Positions 19,609 through 29,105 of a stretch of 64,000 nucleotides of DNA are shown piece after piece. Below the pieces are notes generated by a model. The model was not told the DNA's origin. It saw only the letters and a list, made by a program, of their open reading frames with translations, and searched no databases. Numbering within the stretch: position 1 is the first letter of the stretch; each line of letters opens with the position of its first letter. The translations under genes and the position numbers were made by a program. The DNA comes from Clostridiales bacterium (lineage in GTDB: Bacteria; Bacillota; Clostridia; Saccharofermentanales; Saccharofermentanaceae). The stretch is taken from positions 96,001 to 160,000 of the forward strand of contig JAFWDK010000010.1 in assembly GCA_017513085.1 (NCBI GenBank), written 5' to 3'.

Positions 19609-22068
19609 ATGAGTTTATGTACTTTGTGTAAGAAGAACGTGGCGGTGGTGTTCACGACGAGATTTGAGAACAACCAGCGTATCAACGAGGGCCTTTGCAT
19701 TAAGTGTGCTTATGAGACCGGAATCGGTGGAATCGAAGAGATGTTTGCCGCGGCCGGGATCAATGAGGACAATATTGATAATGTGACCGAGAAGATGAAC
19801 CGGATGATGTCCGGAATCGATTCTTCTAATCCTGAGCAATTGCTGAAGATGCTTGTGGAAAACGACCAGGAACCACCGTTCCCGATGGATTTTGAATTCC
19901 CTGAACTTGAGGGGGATGATGAAGAACCTGACGAGGGTGAGGATTCTGACGAATCTTTTGATGAGCCGGCGGAGGAGAACGGGCAGGAGTTTGATCAGCC
20001 TGAACGCGAGTCGTTGTCGGACTTCCGTGAGTTTTTCCTGGGTGGTTCGCGTAATGGTTCTTCGAGATCGGATAAGAGTAAGACGAAAAAGAAGAAAGAC
20101 GATCAGAAGTCGAAATATCTCGATATGTATGGTACCAACCTTACGCAAAAAGCCAGAGATGGTGAGATCGATAAGCTGGTCGGACGTGATAAGGAAATCT
20201 CGCGTGTCATTCAGATACTGAACCGCCGTTCGAAAAACAATCCTGCGTTGATAGGTAATCCTGGCGTCGGCAAAACTGCTATTGCTGAAGGCCTTGCGGT
20301 TCGTATTGCCAATGGAGAGGTTCCTCAAAAACTTCTGGATATGAAGGTCTATCTTCTTGATATGATGGCTCTTGTGGCCGGCACGCAGTTCCGCGGACAG
20401 TTTGAGAGCCGTATGAAGGGCGTCGTGGATGAGGCGACCCGCAAGCAGAATGTGATACTTGTCATCGATGAGATGCATAACATTATGGGTGCCGGTGATG
20501 CTGAGGGTGCAATGAATGCTGCCAATATCCTGAAACCTGCATTGGCGAAGGGACAGATCCGAGTGATCGGTTCTACTACGCTTGATGAGTATCGCCGCCA
20601 TATCGAGAAGGATTCCGCGTTAGAAAGACGTTTCCAGAAAGTGATCGTCGAAGAACCTTCGGTGGAGGAATCGATCGAGATCCTTAAGGGTATCCGTGAA
20701 TACTATGAGAAACATCACTTTGTCCAGTATCCGGATGATGTGATCGAGTATGCTGTTCAGGCATCCTCACGATATATTATGGATCGGTATCTTCCTGACA
20801 AGGCCATTGATCTTCTGGATGAGGCAGGTTCGCAGGTGAATCTCAAAGAGGTTCGTCTGGTTAATCTTGCATCGATGAAGAAGGAGTGGAAGAAACTCGA
20901 TGCGGAAGTTCGTTCGCTGGAATCCCGCATCGAATCCTCGGCAACCCCGGAAGAGATTGAAAAAGAACATCTCTACGAGCAGCAGGCCGAGAAAAAATCC
21001 CGCGTCTTAAGGCTCGAGAAGGAGATCGAATCGTTGGAGAATGACTTGGTTCCTGCCATTATCACGAAGGAAGATATTTCTCGCGTAGTGGAGATGTGGA
21101 CCGGTATTCCGGTAAAGAGGATCTCCGAGACGGAATCAGAGCAGCTTCTGAAATTGGAGGAGCGGCTCCATGAACGTGTTATCGGCCAGGATAAAGCAGT
21201 GAGCGCTTTGGCCCGCGCGATCCGAAGAAACCGTTCAGGCTTTGGTAAAGCGCATAAGCCGTCTTCTTTCATTTTTGTCGGACCTACCGGTGTAGGTAAG
21301 ACAGAATTAGTCAAGGCTTTGGCTGAAGCTATGTTTGCCAGAGAAGATGCGTTGATCCGTATTGATATGTCTGAATATATGGAAGCACATACTGTCAGCA
21401 AATTGATTGGTTCTCCGCCGGGGTATGTCGGTTATGACGATGGCGGGCAACTGACAGAACGTGTTAGAAGAAAACCCTATTCGGTAGTGCTTTTTGATGA
21501 GATCGAGAAGGCACATCCGGATGTGTTTAATATGCTTCTTCAGATACTCGACGATGGTCGTTTAACAGACAGCCATGGACGTCTTGTCAATTTCGAGCAT
21601 ACGATTCTGATCATGACGTCTAATGCCGGTACTTCCTTGAAGGCGAATGGTTTCGGATTCGGTGCGGAAGGGCATATTGCTTTGGAAAACCGGGTGCATA
21701 CAGTTCTGAAGGAGATGTTCCGTCCGGAATTCCTGAACCGTATTGATGAAATTGTCGTATTCCAGGAGTTGACGAAAGAAGAGATCCGCAGGATCGTTGA
21801 CCTGATGCTGCATGAACTTGCCTCGCAATTGGGCGAGAAGGGAATCTCGTTGAAGGTTTCTGATGCTGCTAAAGATCAGCTGGCAGTAGAAGGTTACGAT
21901 GTGAAATATGGAGCTCGTCCTCTTCGGAAGACGATCCAGCGCCGGCTGGAAGATCCTCTGGCTGACATGTTCCTGTCCGGAAAACTGGATAAGGCTGAAG
22001 CTGTGTCGATCGATTACAAGAATGATGAGTTTACTTTTCACCTGAAAAAGAAAAAGGAGAAGTCTTGA
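19609..22068 (+). CDS. clpC: ATP-dependent Clp protease ATP-binding subunit (ClpC/ClpE type, N-terminal Zn finger)
   Basis: Two AAA+ modules ([16 protein letters not shown]), [13 protein letters not shown] ClpP-docking loop; N-terminal CxxC..CxxC instead of Clp_N repeats. Confidence 0.9.
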   Translation: MSLCTLCKKNVAVVFTTRFENNQRINEGLCIKCAYETGIGGIEEMFAAAGINEDNIDNVTEKMNRMMSGIDSSNPEQLLKMLVENDQEPPFPMDFEFPELEGDDEEPDEGEDSDESFDEPAEENGQEFDQPERESLSDFREFFLGGSRNGSSRSDKSKTKKKKDDQKSKYLDMYGTNLTQKARDGEIDKLVGRDKEISRVIQILNRRSKNNPALIGNPGVGKTAIAEGLAVRIANGEVPQKLLDMKVYLLDMMALVAGTQFRGQFESRMKGVVDEATRKQNVILVIDEMHNIMGAGDAEGAMNAANILKPALAKGQIRVIGSTTLDEYRRHIEKDSALERRFQKVIVEEPSVEESIEILKGIREYYEKHHFVQYPDDVIEYAVQASSRYIMDRYLPDKAIDLLDEAGSQVNLKEVRLVNLASMKKEWKKLDAEVRSLESRIESSATPEEIEKEHLYEQQAEKKSRVLRLEKEIESLENDLVPAIITKEDISRVVEMWTGIPVKRISETESEQLLKLEERLHERVIGQDKAVSALARAIRRNRSGFGKAHKPSSFIFVGPTGVGKTELVKALAEAMFAREDALIRIDMSEYMEAHTVSKLIGSPPGYVGYDDGGQLTERVRRKPYSVVLFDEIEKAHPDVFNMLLQILDDGRLTDSHGRLVNFEHTILIMTSNAGTSLKANGFGFGAEGHIALENRVHTVLKEMFRPEFLNRIDEIVVFQELTKEEIRRIVDLMLHELASQLGEKGISLKVSDAAKDQLAVEGYDVKYGARPLRKTIQRRLEDPLADMFLSGKLDKAEAVSIDYKNDEFTFHLKKKKEKS

Positions 22069-22075
22069 TCTTTCG

Positions 22076-23647
22076 ATGAGAGATCTGCGTCCGACTATGA
22101 AGTGGGAGTATAAGAGAATCAGGAAAACCAGTTGGGATACTGTTTTCGGGAAGGGATGGAGACCATGGCTTTTGCTGGTTGCCGCGTGCTTCCTGTTTTC
22201 TTTGATCGGTGCCCAGTATACTCTTCAGACACAAGGCCTTGACTATGTTGACCAATGGCTGGGATACAAAGACGAGAATTATGAAGCAAACGTCGGGTAT
22301 CTGAAAGACTATGTTTCTGATCTGAAAATCGTTAAAAGTTTGCCGGCTGAAGTGGAGAAATCGGCTGTGGATTCTCTGGATTCCATTGCGGCCAGTAATT
22401 CATGGGTGATCCGTGTCCTGGCGCATAATGCGGCATATTTTGAGAGAAACCCCGGAGAAGTCATTGCCAATCTTCTTATTATCGGACTAATCATGTTCAT
22501 AGTGAAGTTTTTCTTCCTGAATGCATCTGAAATAGGCCTTTACAGATATGTTCTGGAGAACAGGCAGCAGGAGAAGGTCAAGTTCCGAAGGATCTTTGCG
22601 CCTTTTCACCTGAAGATGATCCCGAATGTTATCTGGGTAACATTCCGATATAGCATGACGCTGCTCAAATGGTATATGCTCTTTATTATTCCCGGTATTT
22701 ATAAGACATTCCAGCTTTCCATGATTCCGTTTATCCTCGCGGAAAATCCGAAGATCAAATACAAAGATGCGGTGAAGCTTTCCAAGGCGATGACGAAGGG
22801 ATATAAATGGAAGATGTTTGTGACGGATCTTTCCTATATTTACATCTGGCTGTTGCATTTGATTCCGTTCGCCGGCCTGCTTGTTTCGGTGCCGTTGAGC
22901 ATGCAGCTGGATGCGGAATACTATTTTACGCTTCGAAACCGTGCGGGTATCGATTATACGAATCTCCCCGAGCAGGCTTTTGCAGGAGCGCCGTACGTTA
23001 AGAGAATGCAGGATAGAAAGAGAAATCCTAATATCGTACTCTCCGACCCCGAATATGTTCTTACTGACGTGAATACCAAAACTGCGCATAAGAAGGGATT
23101 GTTTCGTTTTGACTACAGTCCTTTCGATATTGTGTTTATGTTTTTCAGTTTTTGCATGGTCGGCTGGATCTGGGAAGTCTGCTATGAGTTTGTCGACACA
23201 GGACTCCTGGTGAATCGTGGGACGATGTACGGACCATGGATCCCGATATATGGATTCGGCGGTATAGCCATCGTGCTCCTGCTTAGCCGTTTCAAAGAGA
23301 GTAAGATCAAGCTTTTTCTGATGACGATGCTGGTCTGTGCAATACTGGAATACCTTGGAAGTTTTGCGCTTGAGTTTATGTTCAACTCTTCGTATTGGGA
23401 CTATAAAGAAATGTTCATGAATGTGAACGGCCGGATCTGCCTTGCGGGATTGATGGCTTTTGGCGTGGGAGGATTGTTCGGTGTCTATATTGCCGGACCG
23501 GCAATCAGCCGATTTGTCGATCGATTCTCGAGAAGGACCCAGTATATTGCTGCTGGAATTCTGGGAGCTTTGTTTGTGACGGATATTGTCTGTTGCGTGA
23601 TATTCGGCTTTAATTCCGGTGCTAGTGTGGGTGGAAAGATCGTCTGA
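22076..23647 (+). CDS. Membrane protein: DUF975-like domain fused to a putative ABC-permease-like (CmpB/DUF1113) domain
   Basis: PFILAENP..SKAMTKGYKW (DUF975-like); GWIWEV..VNRGTMYGPWIPIYG and YWDY..MNVNGRICL. Confidence 0.75.
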   Translation: MRDLRPTMKWEYKRIRKTSWDTVFGKGWRPWLLLVAACFLFSLIGAQYTLQTQGLDYVDQWLGYKDENYEANVGYLKDYVSDLKIVKSLPAEVEKSAVDSLDSIAASNSWVIRVLAHNAAYFERNPGEVIANLLIIGLIMFIVKFFFLNASEIGLYRYVLENRQQEKVKFRRIFAPFHLKMIPNVIWVTFRYSMTLLKWYMLFIIPGIYKTFQLSMIPFILAENPKIKYKDAVKLSKAMTKGYKWKMFVTDLSYIYIWLLHLIPFAGLLVSVPLSMQLDAEYYFTLRNRAGIDYTNLPEQAFAGAPYVKRMQDRKRNPNIVLSDPEYVLTDVNTKTAHKKGLFRFDYSPFDIVFMFFSFCMVGWIWEVCYEFVDTGLLVNRGTMYGPWIPIYGFGGIAIVLLLSRFKESKIKLFLMTMLVCAILEYLGSFALEFMFNSSYWDYKEMFMNVNGRICLAGLMAFGVGGLFGVYIAGPAISRFVDRFSRRTQYIAAGILGALFVTDIVCCVIFGFNSGASVGGKIV

Positions 23648-23662
23648 TCCGGATCAAAAGAA

Positions 23663-23690
23663 AAGAGCTGCCTTGTGAAAGACAGCTCTT
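23663..23690. terminator. Bidirectional terminator between convergent genes
   Basis: AAGAGCTGCCTT-GTGA-AAGACAGCTCTT. Confidence 0.75.
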
Positions 23691-23714
23691 GTTGTTTGTA
23701 TCTTTTTCCGATGC

Positions 23715-24926
23715 TCAGGAACGGTAACTTGCGTTGATCTTTACATAGTCGTAAGTGAAGTCACAGGTCCACATACGGTCGCTGTATTCTCCGTCGTTCA
23801 GTTCGATCTGGATCAGAATGTCATGCTCCGAAAGCTTCTCTTTGGCGACATCTTCGTCAAAGGGGAGTGCAACACCGTTTTCGTATACGGCGAGTCCGCT
23901 TAAGGACATGCTGATTTTATCGGGGTCGATATCGGCTCCGGAATAACCCAGCGCGGTAATAAAGCGTCCGCAGTTTGCATCCTGACCGAAGATAGCTGTT
24001 TTGCAAAGCGGGGAACGGCAGATGGCCAGTACACAAAGGTATGCGTCGTTAGCGGTTTTGGCGCCGTTGACAACTACTTCTACAAGTTTTGAAGCTCCTT
24101 CACCGTCAGAGGCGATCATCTTGGCAAGATCGAAGCAGAGGGAGTGGAATGCTTCCTTGAAAACATCGTATTCTTCAGTTCCTTCTTTGATTTCAGGGGT
24201 TTCTGAAGCACCATTGGCCATGATGACGACCATGTCGCAGACAGATGTGTCGCCGTCTACGGTAACACGATTATAAGTGTCCTTGACATTACTGCTGATC
24301 ATGGACTGAAGCGCACTCTGCCCGATGTTAGCGTCCGTTGTGAAAACACTGATCATGGTGGCCAGGTTCGGATGGATCATGCCGGAACCTTTTGCAATAG
24401 CGGAGATCGTGATTTCTTTGCCGAAAATGCTTACGGTTGCGGCGACCTCTTTAGGCTGGGTATCTGTGGTCATGATGGCGCGCTCGGCAAGATGACCGCA
24501 TTCTTCGGAAGATGAAGCATTTTTGACCAAAGAAGGGATCGCAGATGTGATCTTGTCTAATGGAAGACGGGTACCGATGACGCCGGTAGAGGCGGTAAGG
24601 ATCATGTTGGATTCGGTATTCAGGATCGAGGCGACAGCGGAAGCCATGGCTTCTGCATCACTTTCTCCCTCGGCACCGACACATGCATTGGCGTTGCCGC
24701 TGTTGATGATGATGCCGGAAACAGTTTCCTGTGATCGGATGATGGAAATGGAACGCGTCAGAGAGTGCCCTTTTACCAGGTTGGAGGTATATACGCCGGC
24801 TACTTTCGCCGGAGTTAAGGATCCTATGAATGCAAGATCCGGATTGCCGTTCGGCTTAAGACCGCAAGACACGCCGTTTGCGATGAAGCCTTTCGGAAGA
24901 GTGATATAGGCATTTGTTATTTCCAT
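23715..24926 (-). CDS. argJ: Bifunctional ornithine acetyltransferase / N-acetylglutamate synthase
   Basis: NSGNANAC, AKGSGMIHPNLATM autocleavage site, DGDTS, NASYRS terminus. Confidence 0.97.
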   Translation of the reverse strand: MEITNAYITLPKGFIANGVSCGLKPNGNPDLAFIGSLTPAKVAGVYTSNLVKGHSLTRSISIIRSQETVSGIIINSGNANACVGAEGESDAEAMASAVASILNTESNMILTASTGVIGTRLPLDKITSAIPSLVKNASSSEECGHLAERAIMTTDTQPKEVAATVSIFGKEITISAIAKGSGMIHPNLATMISVFTTDANIGQSALQSMISSNVKDTYNRVTVDGDTSVCDMVVIMANGASETPEIKEGTEEYDVFKEAFHSLCFDLAKMIASDGEGASKLVEVVVNGAKTANDAYLCVLAICRSPLCKTAIFGQDANCGRFITALGYSGADIDPDKISMSLSGLAVYENGVALPFDEDVAKEKLSEHDILIQIELNDGEYSDRMWTCDFTYDYVKINASYRS

Positions 24927-25016
24927 ATAAAAGCACCTCGTTCGAATTATGTAGATGCATTATACACCAATAATGAAAAGTTTTTCCAGATTCATGAAAT
25001 AAATCAAAAGAAGTGC

Positions 25017-25046
25017 TTGACATAATGGCTTGGAAAACATTATAAT
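25017..25046 (+). promoter_or_regulatory. SigA promoter of the tRNA His-Gln-Lys cluster
   Basis: TTGACA-18 nt-TATAAT. Confidence 0.85.
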
Positions 25047-25071
25047 TTCGTAGTGCCTTTTGGGAGAACTT

Positions 25072-25149
25072 GGTGGGATTAGCTCAGTTGGTTAGAGCGC
25101 TAGTTTGTGGCACTAGAGGTCATGGGTTCGACCCCCATATCCCACCCCA
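25072..25149 (+). tRNA. tRNA-His (GTG)
   Basis: Cloverleaf, CTAGT-TTGTGGC-ACTAG, G-1 and C73, encoded CCA. Confidence 0.97.
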
Positions 25150-25172
25150 ATTAAACCTAAGAGGTTTTTTAT

Positions 25173-25247
25173 TGGGGTATAGCCAAGCGGTAAGGCACGG
25201 GACTTTGACTCCCGCATTCGTAGGTCCGAATCCTGCTACCCCAGCCA
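25173..25247 (+). tRNA. tRNA-Gln (TTG)
   Basis: CGGGA-CTTTGAC-TCCCG anticodon arm, CCA end; atypical T-loop TCCGAAT. Confidence 0.95.
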
Positions 25248-25250
25248 TAT

Positions 25251-25326
25251 GGTTCACTAGCTCAGTCGGTAGAGCACTTGACTTTTAATCAAGGGGTCTG
25301 GAGTTCGAGCCTCCAGTGAGCCACCA
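25251..25326 (+). tRNA. tRNA-Lys (TTT)
   Basis: CTTGA-CTTTTAA-TCAAG anticodon arm, GTTCGAG T-loop, CCA. Confidence 0.97.
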
Positions 25327-25336
25327 TACGAATGAG

Positions 25337-25368
25337 AAAACTGCTTTTCGAAGCAGTTTTTCTTTTTT
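25337..25368 (+). terminator. Terminator of the tRNA cluster
   Basis: AAAACTGCTT-TTCG-AAGCAGTTTT followed by a T run. Confidence 0.9.
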
Positions 25369-25491
25369 ATTCCCAAACGTCTCAGGATGTGATTCCCTTT
25401 GCGTATTTGTGTGTTTTCGAAAAATCCTTGCACTTTCAGAAACGGACAGCGATAATGATGAATAGGTTCACTATGGGGAAGAGGTAGAAGC

Positions 25492-26085
25492 ATGGCCAGA
25501 TTTGAGATCGTACATCCGCTGCCAGAAAGCTGTCTTTCTGTTCAGACGAAAAGATTGTTGCTTGCGGTGTATAAGCCGTCGGCAGCCGCCAGGGTCACGG
25601 ACTATCTTGTAAGGAACCGGGCTTTTCATACGCCGTTTACGCAGAAGCACAGTGACCGGTACTTTACGGTTAGCGAACAGAAGGCATATTTAAAATCGGA
25701 TCTTTATCAATACAGACACAATTCTCAGGTCGGGTTCTGGATCTCAACGATCGAAGAGCCGGATGTGATCATCGGAAGACTATCCTTTTACTCTATTATC
25801 GGAGGAGCCATGATGACCAGCTTTGTCGGGTATCATCTTGATGAGAAGTGTCAGGGAAAGGGCTATATGTTAGAGGCGCTTCAAGCCGGCTGCGATTTTA
25901 TGTTCAAGTATTACCGCCTTCACCGGATCCAGGCAGATGTTATGCCTACGAATGAAAAGTCGCTTCGTGTAGTACAGAAGACCGGCTTTGTGAAGATGGG
26001 CTACAATGTTCGTTATATGGAGATCGATGGATCATATAAAGATCATGTGATGTATGTGCTTTTGAATCCGTCTGTGGAAAAGTGA
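25492..26085 (+). CDS. RimJ/RimL family GNAT acetyltransferase
   Basis: GYHLDEKCQGKGYMLEAL; LHRIQADVMPTNEKS. Confidence 0.9.
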   Translation: MARFEIVHPLPESCLSVQTKRLLLAVYKPSAAARVTDYLVRNRAFHTPFTQKHSDRYFTVSEQKAYLKSDLYQYRHNSQVGFWISTIEEPDVIIGRLSFYSIIGGAMMTSFVGYHLDEKCQGKGYMLEALQAGCDFMFKYYRLHRIQADVMPTNEKSLRVVQKTGFVKMGYNVRYMEIDGSYKDHVMYVLLNPSVEK

Positions 26086-26177
26086 GAGTATTCCCAAAAA
26101 ACTATTTGCAAATATCGAAAAAGAATGGTGTACTATAAGTTAGAGTATAAATGTACCAAAACGGAGGAGCGTGTGTT

Positions 26178-26621
26178 ATGAAACGATCTTCATTATATAC
26201 AAAGGTTGTTGCGTTGGCTTTAGTATGCGCGATGGGCGGAGCAGTCGTCGGTTGCGGTAAGAAGGAAGAAACGACCACAACAGCACCAAGTTCAATTGAG
26301 GTTACGTCTGAGACAACTCCGGTCGAGTCTGCTACGACGACGACCGAATCCACGACTTTGATGGAATATGGCGAGTCCCTGGCTCCGAATGATATTCAAG
26401 TGACCTGGCAGGAAGATGCAATGGATCCGAAGGTGATGTATATCGTCGGTGTCGAGAATTACTTGAAAGTGCGTAAAGGTCCGGATACGAAGTATGATCA
26501 GGTCGGATCCCTTACCAAAGGAATGCAGGTTATTGTAGTAGCGAAGACCAATAATAACTGGTACAAACTACAGGACGGCTATTATGTATCTGCCGATTAT
26601 GTTTCGTTGACAGCGTCGTAA
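26178..26621 (+). CDS. Lipoprotein with Thr-rich linker and C-terminal SH3b domain
   Basis: Lipobox VVGC; LKVRKGPDTKYDQVGSL..WYKL..GYYVSADYV. Confidence 0.88.
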   Translation: MKRSSLYTKVVALALVCAMGGAVVGCGKKEETTTTAPSSIEVTSETTPVESATTTTESTTLMEYGESLAPNDIQVTWQEDAMDPKVMYIVGVENYLKVRKGPDTKYDQVGSLTKGMQVIVVAKTNNNWYKLQDGYYVSADYVSLTAS

Positions 26622-26721
26622 AATCCGAGTTTTGAGGTTTTTAAAATTTAGTATAGACAATCCAACTTTCGTGTAGTATTATATCTAGGCAAGTTTTTAG
26701 AGCGCTTCACGAAAGTGATAT

Positions 26722-26795
26722 GCGGGTGTAGTTCAATGGTAGAACTCCAGCCTTCCAAGCTGATCACGTGGGTTCGATTCCCATCACCCGCTCCA
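26722..26795 (+). tRNA. tRNA-Gly (TCC)
   Basis: GCGGGTG acceptor stem, CTTCCAA loop, CCA; TAGACA-17-TATTAT promoter at 26654-26682. Confidence 0.97.
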
Positions 26796-26832
26796 TGAAT
26801 GACGATCTATACGATCGTCATTCTTACATCGT

Positions 26833-26909
26833 GGGTCCATAGCTCAGCTGGATAGAGCAACAGCCTTCTAAGCTGTGGGCCGGAGGTTCGAATCCCCCTG
26901 GGCTCACCA
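26833..26909 (+). tRNA. tRNA-Arg (TCT)
   Basis: ACAGC-CTTCTAA-GCTGT anticodon arm, GGTTCGAATCC, CCA. Confidence 0.97.
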
Positions 26910-26916
26910 TGACATG

Positions 26917-26965
26917 AAATAAGATCATCTTGTTCTAAGTAGTGGAGAAGATGATCTTATTTTTT
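26917..26965 (+). terminator. Terminator after tRNA-Arg
   Basis: AAATAAGATCATCTT...AAGATGATCTTATTTTTT. Confidence 0.85.
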
Positions 26966-26980
26966 GCCTAAAAACAAATT

Positions 26981-27034
26981 GTAGCAAATTTTGTGGGAAA
27001 AGCACCCTAACACCACATTATATTGTGGTATAAT
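26981..27034 (+). promoter_or_regulatory. Tandem NrdR-box-like sites overlapping the extended -10 promoter of the topoisomerase operon
   Basis: CCACATTATATTGTGG at 27013-27028; degenerate GTAGCAAATTTTGTGG exactly 32 bp upstream; TGGTATAAT. Confidence 0.6.
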
Positions 27035-27066
27035 TGATAAGATTATAAGGGAGAGGTTTTGAAAGT

Positions 27067-29049
27067 ATGCCAAGTAAGTCTTATGGAAACGACACAATTA
27101 CCGCACTGAAGGGTGCCGACCGTGTACGTAAACGTCCGGGTGTTATATTCGGTTCGGATGGTCTGGAAGGCTGTGAACACTCGTTTTTTGAAATCCTGAG
27201 TAACTCGATTGATGAAGCCCGTGAAGGCTATGGAGATAAGATCGAAGTTGTCCGTTATAAAGACGGATCCATTTCGGTTGAGGATTTCGGTCGTGGTATC
27301 CCTCTCGATTACAATACCAAGGAGCAGCGTTTTAACTGGGAACTGGTATACTGTGAGCTTTATGCCGGCGGTAAATATAATAACGATACCGGTGAGAGCT
27401 ATGAGTTCAGCCTGGGTTTGAATGGTCTCGGTGCGTGCGCGACACAGTATTCTTCCGAATACTTTGACGTGACGGTATTCCGCGACGGGTTTAAGTATAA
27501 TCTTCATTTTGAAAAGGGAGAGAATGTTGGAGGCCTTCTAAAAGAACCGACACGTTTCAAGCGTACGGGTACGATCCAGAAATGGAAACCGGACAGAGAA
27601 GTTTTTACGGACATCAATATTCCATTGGATTCTTTTCTTCAGATCCTCAAGCGTCAGGCGGTAGTCAACAGTGGCGTTACGTTCCTTCTGAAGGATGAGG
27701 AAAGCGGAGAAGAGTTTACTTTCTGCTATCCGTCCGGTATTGAGGGTTATGTTGCAGAGTTTGACGGTGGCAAGGGCCTTTCTTCTCCGGCATCTTTTGA
27801 TGGTATGGGACGAGGCAAGGATCGCGCGGATAAGCCGGAATATAAAGTAAAGTGCCAGGTTGCTTTCTGCTTTAATAATGAGACGAACATTCTGGAGTAT
27901 TACCATAACAGTAGTTTCCTTGAACATGGCGGTGCTCCGGATAAAGCAGTCAGAAGTGCTTTTACCGCAGAAATTGATAAGCAGATCCGTGCGAGAGACA
28001 AATATAAAGCGAACGAGAGTAAGATCGTGTTCCAGGATGTCGCAGACAGCCTGATCCTGGTAACGAGTTCTTTTTCCACTCAGACCAGCTACGAGAACCA
28101 GACGAAGAAAGCTATCACGAATAAGTTCATCCAGGATTTCATGGCTGACCTGATCCGTCAGAAATTGGAAGTTTGGTTTATTGAAAATAAGCCGGAAGGT
28201 GACAGGGTCGTTGAGCAGATCCTGATCAATAAGAGATCGCGTGAGAATGCGGAGAAGACGCGCCTGAATGTCAAGAAGAAGCTTATGGGAAGCATTGACA
28301 TCAATAACCGTGTCAAAAAGTTTGTAGACTGCCGTACAAAGGATGTGGAGCAAAGAGAACTCTATATCGTAGAGGGCGATTCCGCTCTCGGTTCTTGTAA
28401 AATGGGCCGAGATGCCGAATTCCAGGCGATCATGCCGGTAAGAGGTAAGATCCTGAACTGCCTGAAGGCGGAATACTCTATGATCTTTAAGAGTGAGATC
28501 ATTACGGATCTGGTGAAGGTCCTGGGCTGCGGGGTTGAGATCCAGACCAAGCATAACAAGGATCTGTCATCTTTTGATATGTCGCTTCTGCGCTGGAATA
28601 AAGTTATTATTTGTACCGATGCCGACGTAGACGGATTCCATATCCGCACTTTGATCCTGGCTATGATCTTCCGCCTTATGCCGTCCTTGATCCGTGAGGG
28701 AAAAGTCTTTATTGCAGAATCCCCGCTTTTTGAGATCACCTATCGGAATAAGGGTGAGGAGAAGACTTTGTTTGCTTATAACGAGAAAGAGAAAACAGAG
28801 ATCCTTCAGAAGTATCCGCCGGAAAAGTGTTCGCTTCAGCGTTCGAAAGGACTTGGTGAGAATGAGCCTGAGATGATGTGGGAGACTACTATGAATCCTG
28901 CGACGAGAAGGTTGATCAAAGTCGTTCCGGGTGATGAGAAGCAGACAATGGAAACTTTTGAATTGCTTCTGGGTGATAACCTGGCCGGCCGTAAAGAGCA
29001 TATCGAGCGCGATGGTCACCTCTACCTGGAGATGCTTGATGTTGACTGA
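27067..29049 (+). CDS. parE: Type IIA topoisomerase B subunit (topo IV ParE-like / GyrB family)
   Basis: VRKRPG, EILSNSIDE GHKL motif, VEGDSA and DADVDG TOPRIM motifs, RSKGLGE. Confidence 0.85.
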   Translation: MPSKSYGNDTITALKGADRVRKRPGVIFGSDGLEGCEHSFFEILSNSIDEAREGYGDKIEVVRYKDGSISVEDFGRGIPLDYNTKEQRFNWELVYCELYAGGKYNNDTGESYEFSLGLNGLGACATQYSSEYFDVTVFRDGFKYNLHFEKGENVGGLLKEPTRFKRTGTIQKWKPDREVFTDINIPLDSFLQILKRQAVVNSGVTFLLKDEESGEEFTFCYPSGIEGYVAEFDGGKGLSSPASFDGMGRGKDRADKPEYKVKCQVAFCFNNETNILEYYHNSSFLEHGGAPDKAVRSAFTAEIDKQIRARDKYKANESKIVFQDVADSLILVTSSFSTQTSYENQTKKAITNKFIQDFMADLIRQKLEVWFIENKPEGDRVVEQILINKRSRENAEKTRLNVKKKLMGSIDINNRVKKFVDCRTKDVEQRELYIVEGDSALGSCKMGRDAEFQAIMPVRGKILNCLKAEYSMIFKSEIITDLVKVLGCGVEIQTKHNKDLSSFDMSLLRWNKVIICTDADVDGFHIRTLILAMIFRLMPSLIREGKVFIAESPLFEITYRNKGEEKTLFAYNEKEKTEILQKYPPEKCSLQRSKGLGENEPEMMWETTMNPATRRLIKVVPGDEKQTMETFELLLGDNLAGRKEHIERDGHLYLEMLDVD

Positions 29050-29105
29050 CGGAACTGCTTCCGGGAGATCAGAAGAGATAGAAACATTAGAAAAGAGAAC
29101 GAGAC

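Noticed and set aside
24940-25010. ArgR boxes upstream of argJ; Rex-like sites near the malic enzyme gene
   Set aside because: Only weak partial matches in AT-rich DNA
26619-26634. TAAAA-TCCGAG-TTTTG after the SH3 gene as another junction-motif copy
   Set aside because: Too many mismatches to count without a statistical model
25072-26909. tRNA clusters as integration sites for an island
   Set aside because: No integrase and no duplicated tRNA 3' end; terminators follow the tRNAs directly
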